From contig MU054212.1 in assembly GCA_013239625.1 (NCBI GenBank), forward strand, positions 4,324,650-4,373,227: a DNA stretch of 48,578 nt, written 5' to 3'. This stretch comes from Lama guanicoe (taxonomy: Eukaryota). The stretch's first letter is position 1; each line of letters opens with the position of its first letter. A program made the translations under genes and the position numbers. The notes beneath the pieces are model-generated. The model was given only the letters and a program-made list of their open reading frames with translations. It had not been told where the DNA came from and made no database searches. Shown here piece by piece: positions 38,362 through 48,578 of this stretch.

Positions 38362-38754
38362 TGCAAATAAGTAAATGTACATATATATAATGGAAACTTT
38401 ATACTGTATTTATGAATTTTTCACAAGAAATTTAAATTCCTGTATTTGTTTAAAAGATTACTTAATGACTGATTTTTGTATCTCTCCTTTTTAGTTTTCA
38501 GTGAATATTAAATCTAATTTTTATTTTCCTGGGAACTACAGAATATAAAAATATATTATAAATTTTTAATTTTATGTTCAATGGAAGCATACCAATAATT
38601 CAAATTAAGAAATATTTTTAAACTAAATTCTAAAATTATACATTATAACACAGATTTTATTCACTGGTCTTTGTACAACATAATGGATAAATTACATTTC
38701 GTTTTGTAAATAAATGTAAAGTTAAGAATATTATGCCCCTTTAATTGTTTTTCC

Positions 38755-39147
38755 TTTAATTTTTTAAATTGAAGTATAGGTGATTTACAATGTTTCAGGT
38801 GTAAGCAAAGTGATTCAGTTGTTCACATATATATATATTCTTTTTCAGATTCTTTTCCCATATAGGTTATTGCTAGATATTGAATATAGTTCCCTGTACC
38901 ATACAGTATGTCCTTATTGTTTATTTATTTTATATATAGTAGTGTATATCTGTTAATCTCAAATTCCCAATTCATCCCTCCCCTCTTCCTTCCCCTTTGG
39001 TAACCATAAGTTTGTTTTCTATGTCTTAGTCTATTTCTGTTTTGTAAAAAGTTCATTTGTATCTTTTTTTTAGATTCCACATAGGAGTGATGCTATATAT
39101 TTGTCTTTCTCTGTGTGACTTACTTCACTTAATATGATAATCACTGG
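38755..39147 (-). mobile_element. L1 3'UTR fragment (artiodactyl-type)
   Basis: attgaagtatag...tttacaat, atattgaatatagttccctgt, ccctttggtaaccataagtttgttttctatg and tttagattccacata. Confidence 0.92.
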
Positions 39148-40043
39148 AAATAGAACTCTATTATTAAAATGTTTTGAGCCTACAATATATGCATATGTAT
39201 TTATTTAAAAATAATAGGTATGTTCTAATTGTACATGCAGATGCATTTTACTAATTATTATATGCATAAAACATGTGCCAAAATAGAAATATTAAAATAT
39301 GAGATACAGATGAGTTATGCAGTATTCAACATTATATCTTATTTATTACTGTTCCAAATTTTTCACTATTAATTGATACCTACTAATAGTGACTTTAAGT
39401 GCTAGCCATATTATTTACTCTACCACATTTTTCAGGAAAAATATTGCTATAATACTTAGTGACACAGTTGGAAAAAATTTTTGGTTGGAAGATGACAAAA
39501 TTTATTTGATTTTCATGGCTCTCATAGCTGAAAATGATAACCTTACAAAGACACAAAGACTCAAATACAAAAAAGAAGTCATCAGCTACACTTATCAAGT
39601 CATAATATTTATTTTGAAATTTTATCTATCTGAGCAATTATGGAAAGGACTTGGTTGAAATTCAGCCTGTCAAATTCTGTCTTTCCTAATGTCTACCACA
39701 ACTGTTCGTTCCAACAATTTTGAAAGGGTAAAATGGTTATATTTTTATCAAATGGATTTAAACTTCTCTAAACTCTTTATTTGGAATATCTTAAAACAGA
39801 TTAAAAATCTGTTTTTAGTGGCTTCATATTGATATGTACACAGATGACACTCTCAGGTAAATTTTGGAAAGTGGTACCCTAACTAGGCAAACATCTCCCA
39901 ACAACTTTTTTTCAGAGTGCTCTCTTCATAGCTTGGGTATTTTTTGAAAAAAAAATCATTACTTTCTTATAATTTTAAAATACTGCTTTTATCTTGAAGT
40001 GACAAATTAAGTGCATTAATTTTTCCCTAAAATATTTTCTGGA

Positions 40044-40592
40044 TGTAGGATTCAGGACTCACTACTCCAAAATGAGGCCACCTGGAGTATTAAATCTCTT
40101 AAGCTGAATTAAAAAAAAAAAAACAAACAGCAGATGCAAGATGGTCACCCTGACCTCCCTCCACCCTTGTCCTTTTTCCCTGAAACAGATCATAAAACTC
40201 CCATGTGAAAGGTTCCCACCTTGAGCCAGGAGGAGGGAAGACATTCCTATCACCAGAGATGGAGAATTTGGGACCAAGAATTCTGTACAAACCAACCTCG
40301 CTAAAATAACTCTTCTCTTCCTGGTTCCCTCTTCACCATTAACTTACTTTTTCCTAGCCCGAAGCCTTTGTCTTGTCAGTTCTTCGCAAATTTATTGTTT
40401 CTTTGTTTAAAAGTTATAGAAGCTTCCTGCTCCGGCCACTTCTTCAGGTCTTCTTTCTCTTGTGAAGACTCCCAAGTACAGGTCAAAGTTCAATAATGTG
40501 TCCCGTCTTCTGTCAATCTGTCTTTGTTGGTTTCATTTTCAGACGCAGCCAGGGACCCAAGAGGGTGGAGGAAAACTTTTTCCTCCCCTACA
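40044..40592 (+). mobile_element. ERV1 solo LTR, MER34-like
   Basis: 549 bp with inverted termini TGTAGG...CCTACA. Start (actactccaaaat) and end (aaaactttttcctcccctaca) resemble the MER34/MER39 group. Confidence 0.82.
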
Positions 40593-43500
40593 GGTGATAC
40601 TGACCATCACTAAATTTGAAATAACTGCCTTACATAACTTTGCATAATACTCCTTATCTTATTACAAAGCATTGTAAAGATGCCATGATTTAGTTTCACT
40701 AAGCTGGCATATGTAAACGGTGGCACTGGAGAGGAAAGGCTGAGCGAGTGGGCACTGCCCATGCCTCCACGCTCCTCCAAGCCCGCCCTTCCCATGGCGA
40801 CACTTGAACATGGAGGTGATAAGTGACTTTCTAACAAGTGGCTCCGTTAAGAGCATCAAGGTCAGCACATTAATTAGATTAGAGTGAAGCTTAATTCCTT
40901 CTGCGTGTTCAGGACAGAAAAAAGAAAAATAGAAATGGAATTCCTAGTACTTATTTCCCATACCCCAAAGGAACAGTTTGCAGCCACTTCTGTGAGTGTA
41001 CACCCCATTCTGGAGATAGCCATCTGGAGTCTAAAGATACAACTGCCATTTACCACTACTAAATATTTTGACTTTGTGAAAATTCTAATTAAAAACAGAT
41101 TCTCTTTTCTTTGTAAAATAAATCCACTTGACAAAATTAAACACCCAGTCTTCTTTCTGTTAAGATTATTTAGATAATCCTCCTTCTTATAAGGAAAAAG
41201 AAAACAAAAAACAAGATTCAGATCTGTTTTCAGTCTTTACAAAAGATTGATATGTAATTACTAATTAACTTCATTAGCTCCAGACTCATTGTTTGGAGAT
41301 CTCTCTCTCTTTCTGAATATATATAAAAGCTTCAGAGAATTCAGAGATTATATTAGATGAATATTAGAAATTGATATGTGTACAAATATCAACTTCTATA
41401 TCCTAGTCCTGTTTAATTTTTCTCTTCCAATATCTCCTCCTCATTTTACTAAGCTTTAAAAATTCAGTGTTACCATACAGGTAGAAACGTCTAAATATAG
41501 ATTCCAGCTGTTTCTTTTGTTACACTTGGCCTCCACTACTTCAGCGTTTCCAAGTCAGTTCTGTTCTCTCTCTTTTATATTTTTTTGAAGAGACTTGAAT
41601 TTTTTTTAATCCATGTATTTCATCTATTTTAAACATCACGGTAACTTCCATTTTTTATTAAGGATGTGTAAGATTGGAGGTACAAAAGCATCTCCAGTTG
41701 TGACTAGCTGGTGATCTTCTATCTCCTCTCTCAGAGTTTCCAAAGGAGTGAAGGGAGGAAGCTGTTGAACTGACAGCTCTCTGCAAGGCGCCAAACTGTC
41801 AGAATAATTTGAAGACAGATTAGCTTTACAGATTGTTTATTAACATATTGGCAAAGGGATGGTGACAAGGGGGCTGCTTCCTGCTTGGCTCTGCATAAAC
41901 TGGATTCTCCTGTGAAACAAACTTTTCTGTGAAGTGGGGGGTGGGAAGTGGGTTCTGGAGGGACCAGGGCAAGCACATTCTGCCCCTGAAAGCAACAGTG
42001 TAGTGCCTTCGTTTAAGATCTTGAGCAAGCGAGGCTGAACTACTTCTGAAGAACTCAATCAAACTCACATTTTTTCCCCTTGACTGTTTACATAAGACAT
42101 GCAAATAAGGAATAGAAATCTCTGGGGGAGAAAAAATTTTTGCTTTTCATCAGTGAGCGTACACACGCATACACTTGCGTGAGCATGCCTGCGTCGGAGG
42201 GGTGTTTATGCACTTAGTGGATAACTTATTTTCCTAAGGTGGTTTATACAATCCAAGCCAAGCCAAACGCGGGTTAGCAAATACATCTTCCAGCACCTAA
42301 GAAGACAATGTAGGAAAATCAGAGTTGCACATTACGCTTTGGTTCAGTATTAGTTGAGTGTGGTTTTGATCTTGTTATTTAGGATTGTGATGCATCCACG
42401 CACAACTCAGGGCTTGCCTTGGATTTCCAGCCTGGCCTTTTGAGCGCCATTGACTATTTAAAACTGTTTGTTCGAGGTAATAATGACAAGCCAGAAAGAC
42501 TGAGTGTTTTTCAAATCTGTGATTGGGATTTTGCAAGTTTTTATACAATTTTGCCTTAATGCCTGAACACAAAATGTAGAGTACACCAAAAGCCGCGGGC
42601 CAGAGTGAATCCCAGAGGGCTGTATCAGGCTGCTTATAGTTCATGCTTCAGTACTGATCGAATCCAAACTCACTTTGAACATCACCTGTTATCCAAGTAC
42701 AGGACCGAGTTTTCAGTTCTGGCTCACTTCCTCATGTTTATGTGACCCGTGCTATCACCTAAAACCCAGCTGCAGATCTCATCTAGGGAGGCGACGTGGC
42801 ACGGGTGTGGCTCTTGGAGAAGGTGGGCTCTGCTCCGTCCTGGCCGAAGGAGTGGCCTTATCTGGAACGGGAGCCTAGGAGGGAAGCTCAAATACACGGG
42901 GGAATTAAAATGCAATGACAAGGGAGACTGCAGTGGGGCTAACGGATTTAACAGAGTTAGGGGAGATGTTTTGATTCAGCCTAGGAGACTAAGGCCAGAC
43001 TCAAGATCTATCCAATACTGTGTCATGTTCTAGGTGCTAAGACGGAGAAGCTGTCAAGAATCCGTACAGACTCTGATGGAGAGATACGAAGAGGTAGCAA
43101 GCTCCTTTTGTGCTGCAGGGCTTCTGGCTTCCGTGGTCTACCATTTTCCAAGGAGATCCTAGGTGAGACCTTTTAAGGACTCAGATGGCCTTAAAAGTGC
43201 CAGGTTGGGCCTTGTAATCAACTCCCTAAACTTCTTTAGGTTGTTTAAGCCCTCTGTTTCCTAGTTCTGTTTTCTGCTTTTAAAATAGTGTGTGAATTGC
43301 TTTTAGATCATAGAAGGACACCTCTGAGATAAAAATAACAAACTGTGGCAGAACTTGAGATATAAAATTGCTGTGTTCACTGAAAGTGTGCATCTTCTAA
43401 AAACCTGAACACTTGGAGAAAAGACACAGGAATAAATTTTTAAAGATTCTTCATTCTCTTAAATAGTTTTAAAATGTCTGGGCTTGAAAGGAACCATATT

Positions 43501-44932
43501 ACTTCACAGGTCTTCATTAAGTACCTTATTGAGTCTTTTTAAATTGAGGCATATTAAAGTTTTATAAAATTTTAATAAAATCCCTCAGCATATTAAAAAG
43601 GACACCTCAGAAAAGTAAGAAGGAAGTTTTCAGAAGCAGACACCATGACAGAAAAAGTAACAGCTTCTCAAAAGTAAAAACTGAAAAAAAAAAAAACATG
43701 GAAAAGTACTATAAAAAGAAACATAGCAATGTTCAAAATATTGACAAAGAATCACTAAGGATTTTAAAATTCTATGTAGCATTCTTCTTTTTAAAAAGCT
43801 AGAAATGTGTAACCTTATATTTGCTTTAAAAATAACTACAATTTTTAAATGACATTTGAATCTTTGATTAATTTGAGAGGCTCAGGTATGACCTCAATTC
43901 CTAATAGTCATAGGATTAATAAAACATCACTGAATTGTTAAATTTTTCAATTATCCAAATAAATTTTCTGCATGTGGATTATCTATTCTTACTTGTGGAT
44001 CAGCCTTTATATTAACATCTGACATTGTTATCATCACCTCTTCCTCTTATTCAAATAAAATATGTTCAGGAATGTAAATTTATCTTAATATTAATGAAAT
44101 AAATACAGTTGAAGGAAGTCATCTGCCTATACCAATATGTGACTTATTACTCTAAGTTACTGAAAACTGACTTTATCAATAATGAAATCATCATTCCATA
44201 TATGTGATGTCCTGATTAGCCTGCAACTGACATTCAAACCCAGAGATGATGCGGCTTCTGCATTATCTACCTGAGGAGCTGGACCTTCTCCTCAGTTAAC
44301 CTGTGTCACCAGGAACCATCGTACACTATGACAGTGGCCATGTTTTAAACCTCATTTACCTGTCAATCCAAGCATCACATTAGTAGCCTAAGGTCACAGC
44401 TCTAGAAATGATCTACTTTGAGCTGGGTCTGCCAGACTCTAAAGGCCGTGATTTTTCTATTTTTCAAATGTGGAACTTTTTCCTGGTGAGACTGTAGAAA
44501 AGTCGGTGTGTTCAGTGCAGGGAAGAGAAGAATCAGACCCGACAATACCTTTCTGTATATGAACATCCCAGAGGGGTGAAGGTGGGGATGGGAAATTTTG
44601 TTACAAAAACAAAAAACAAGTATATGAGTAATGATTAATATCAAGGACATAGAAATAAAGAAATATAAAAATGAGAAACCTCATTGTCATCTCTGTTATT
44701 TTTCTCACAGAATGACTGTATGTAAGATAAAATGTAAGTAATTTTAGACTGTCTCTAGAGAAAAACTGTAATACAAGTACAATTTATGGCGAAATGGACA
44801 AAACATAATTTTAAATTTCTCAGAAAAGTTATATGAAGTCTAGTAAAGTTGAAATTGAGTTCTTCTGATAAACTGAATTTATATTGACTCTAAGTATTTC
44901 ATATACATATATCTCATAGAGATAGCTTGTGT

Positions 44933-45135
44933 TTAGAGATACACACTACTATATATAAAATAGACAGGCAACAAGGACCTACTGTACAGCACAGGGAACT
45001 ATATCAATTTCTTGTAAAAACATATAATGGAAAAGAATCAAAAAAAAAATGTATGTATGTCTATGTATAACTGAATCACTTTGCTGTACACATGAAACTA
45101 ACATTGTAAGTCAACTACACTTTAATAAAAAAAAT
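44933..45135 (+). mobile_element. L1 3'UTR fragment
   Basis: actactatatataaaatagac...aacaaggacctactgtacagcacagggaactata...aactgaatcactttgctgtaca...aataaa. Confidence 0.92.
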
Positions 45136-45194
45136 TTTTAGATACAATTTAGCAATAATTATCAAAAATCATAAGAAGCATTTACAAGAATAGT

Positions 45195-45412
45195 AATTAC
45201 ATGTTAGACACTGTTTTAAGCACTTTAGATGATTTTTTCATTTAATATTCATGATAGTAATATGAAGTAGGAACTTTGATTCTTATCTTTTTCACATGTG
45301 ATGAAAATCAGGTGTATAGGATATGAACAATTTACCTGGAGTCTCCACAGATCCTATGGGGCATATCCAGAATCTGAACCCAGGTCTGTCAGATTTCAGA
45401 ACCTGCACTCTT
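45195..45412 (-). mobile_element. MIR SINE
   Basis: cactgttttaagcacttta...catttaat...tctgaacccaggtctgtcagatttcaga. Confidence 0.8.
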
Positions 45413-45669
45413 CCTATAAATTATTGTTTTGTAAATGTCATTTTCTATACATGACCAAAGTCCTATTCTATAACATGCAAATACGAGTTAAGAATGTAAA
45501 ACCAGGGAGATGGTAGGTACTCAAAAAATAGTTTATGAATAATTGAATAAGTGTTTGAATGAATGGTTGTATTAAACTTTAAAAAACATAAAAACTCGAT
45601 ACAGAGAAATACAGTAACACTTATAGGCATAATAATCAAATGTATAGATCCTTAATGTTTCCATACTGC

Positions 45670-45862
45670 TTATCATACATTTAATCTATTTGTTCACAGC
45701 AACACCCCTGTGAGGGGGCATTGGTGTTCTCATTCCACTTTCCTGATGAAAAAGCTAAACCTTAATTTTATTACTTTGTCCACGTTGATACAATACTGGG
45801 TGGCAGACTCTGAAGTTGAATCAAGGACCTTCGGCTAAACATCCAATCCTATTTCAGCACAC
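45670..45862 (-). mobile_element. MIR fragment
   Basis: cacagcaacacccctgtgag...ccactttcctgatgaaaaagctaa...gtggcaga. Confidence 0.6.
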
Positions 45863-48578
45863 ACGTTAGTCTTGGAAATCAATCACACCAAATGTATTAC
45901 CGTCTTTTTTCCTGATTTCTGATTTGCCCGAAACATAACGATTGTAGGAGCAAAACTTCTTTTTACCTCCTGCTAGAATTTTATATGATCACGTTTATTT
46001 TACAGCCTGAGTCATTATATCATTGCTCTGCGAGTCCTTCTCCGCTGCTCGGAAGCCCAATGCTGTTCTGGGACTGTGTTCCTGCCCTATATATAAGAGA
46101 CATTCCTTTGGAAATTAGATGAGTGGTAACCTTATTAATATTTCATATTCTCAATCCTGCTTGAATTGATGATGCTGCAGTAATTTTTGTGTGAAATAAT
46201 GTAACATAATGTGCGTAGAGAGTAAGTAGGCCTGTCAGAGAATTAATAAAACTTAGTTGTGAGAGGAAAAAAATTCTCACTTTTTTAACCCTAATTCAGG
46301 AGGATTTAGCCTTTCTCTCTGCCCTATGAAAGCCGCCACGTTACTAAATAAAGCATCTTTATGTGCTGGAGTGTAAAGAAAAGCTAGCATCACTCTCCTC
46401 CGTAGCTGCTGATAGAACGTGGTGCCCTGGGCATCCCCACAGAAGTGCGCTGCGATCCACGGACCAGTTGGGGGGGGGGTAGCAGGGCCCCGAGAAACGG
46501 GCGGTCTCTGCGGGACGGCCAGCTGCCCCTCCAATGCAGGCGGCTGCACTGAAGGGCAAGCTCATACATGCATGTATTATTTAAGATAAATACCAATGGC
46601 ATGGGTTCTACAGATTATCAAGGTGCTAACGCCCAGTGAACAGAAGGGCAGAGCCCTCTTCTGTCCTGACGTGGTATCCCGTGTGCAAACGTGGTCTCAT
46701 CCACTTTCTCCTCATCCCATGCCTGCCCTGCTCTCCTGAGCTCACTGCAGCCAGCAGAGGGGTAACTCCCTCTACACTCCTCATCTCTTCTCTTCCTGAT
46801 TCTGTCCTTTCCTGCCTCCTAGTCCTTTCCTGGACACCAACACCTGAGCCAGCCCCCTTCTTTAATGAACCCTTTGCATTATCTTATTTAGCATGCTTTT
46901 TGACCTTAAACTTTGTTTTATTCTTACCTCTGGACACTTTATTAATTTTTGTATTATTTTGTAGCTTTTGGTAACAATTCACTCTGTCAAGACCATCTAG
47001 TCAGCATAAAACCTCCTTTAGGGCTGGCTCCTAACATCCGCCACGAGAAAGGATGGTGTCCTCCACTTAAAAAAGTAAGATAAAACTTTCTAAAGACTTG
47101 AAAAAAGTGTTTATATTTTTTTATTTCAAGTCCTCAGAAAGCATGAAGTAATTCAACATTTGCAGATAATTTATTACTTCTATGAAGTTATCATTGCTAG
47201 TAGGAAATATTTTTTTCCTATGAGATCCCAAACATTAAAAAAAAAATAGTGGCAAACTTAAAGGCAGGTTACTAATGTATAGGTAATTTTATATATAAAA
47301 GGATTCATAAAGTAAAAAAAAACACACACACACAAATGGTTGTTTCTCTAGACATCTAAATTTACAAACTCTTATTTTCACATAGTATCTCAAAATCTGT
47401 TTAGAGATAGACCAATTGATTCATTCAAAAGATTTAAACATAGCCCAAAGTATACATGGCGCAAACTCAAATTTCTTTCCTGTTTCCATGCTTTAGATAA
47501 ATAAGTCATTATTTTCTAAATAATACGCATGCTGCACAACACTCTGTGTATTTCTCCCTTAATCCACAGCGGAGCCTTCACAATGTTTTGCATGTCAGAA
47601 GGGAGCGGGGCTGGGGGAGGGAAGAGTAACTTCAATAAACCGTTTGACACACGTAACTAGATGGCAGCCGTGAGCCTCAACGAAACAGTGAATGGAATCA
47701 CCTTCCGAGGACCTCCAAGGCCGATACTCTCCACGGCTACAGAATTCTTTGGCAGATGTATTACAGTGTCCCCCGTAAGCTGCCCAGTCAGGGTTATTCA
47801 TTTGTTCAATTATTTATGGGACTTAGTTTTGATGTTCCACCTTAGAAGAGCTTCTTTTCTCTAGTGCCTGGCAAGGTCTTCTAAATATCTGGGGTTAGCT
47901 GAGGCTCAGCTTATAACTGGTCAAGAAGACAAATGAGGTCCTACAAATCTAAAAGAATTGTTCCACTTTCCCAAGTTTCCCCCATTAGCACGTGTGGCAC
48001 AGCCACTGAAGGGGGCACAGGCCAGGCAGAGAAGCATGGTGACATGAAGATGGTTCCCCCTCCTCAACTGTATCATGTTTCCATTGTTGAGTTTAATCGG
48101 TTGGGGAAAATAAACTGTAAACCTTCATTCTTCATAACCAGGGGAGCATTTCCCTGGAAATTTTCTCCATCTGATTTACTTATTTAAAAAAAGAACACCT
48201 GTTCCACTGAAATTCTGTGCACTAGAGGTTCACGTGTTCATGTGGGAGTTTGTAGTACAGTTTACTAAATATTCCAGTTTTCCCTCCTTTTAGGCACATC
48301 AGAGGAGTGTACTCCTGGCTTTCTTGTGGGTGACACAGCACGTGCCTGGATCTAGTCAACAAGGACTAAATTCAGTTGAATTGCTTATGTGACACCCTCC
48401 AAATTTCTTTTTTGTTTCTTCCAAGGACCCAGCAAAGTTTCAGGTAGTAGACACTGAGAGTTTGTAGTTACTTGTTCATGACCTCATTGATTTTAACTGA
48501 TGCCCCATGTACCTTGAACATTTCAATACTTTTAAAAAGTTGCAATTTTATCCTCTAAAATACTTTAATTTAATAGAG

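Noticed and set aside
47653..47670. CTCF-like motif ACTAGATGGCAGC
   Set aside because: It lacks the conserved CC at the start of the core, so it cannot be supported without ChIP data.
1..48578. CRISPR array, operon, NUMT or endogenous viral coding sequence
   Set aside because: No repeat-spacer array and no long ORFs. I recognised no mitochondrial or viral peptide, and the content is typical mammalian repeat-rich non-coding DNA.

Overview
Mammalian genomic DNA, very probably camelid (alpaca, llama or camel), because it carries two Vic-1-like tRNA-derived SINEs. The window is AT-rich and looks intronic or intergenic. I recognise no host protein-coding exon, and nearly all ORFs in the track are chance or microsatellite artefacts; the one real coding remnant is the C-terminus of LINE-1 ORF2. 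The window is a mosaic of L1, L2, MIR, Vic-1-like SINE, LTR and DNA-transposon fossils plus microsatellites. The best-supported unusual structure is an L1-mediated 3' transduction at 1006-2311. A 5'-truncated young L1 and about 500 bp of carried-along flank with its own AATAAA and poly(A) sit inside one exact 17-bp target-site duplication at a canonical TTTT/AA site. Other oddities are two near-perfect tandem duplications anchored on microsatellites, an exact 16-bp higher-order (TG) array, and a few speculative + strand exon candidates. I found no evidence of a wholly new biological system. Repeat family names come from recalled consensus sequences, not from a database search.
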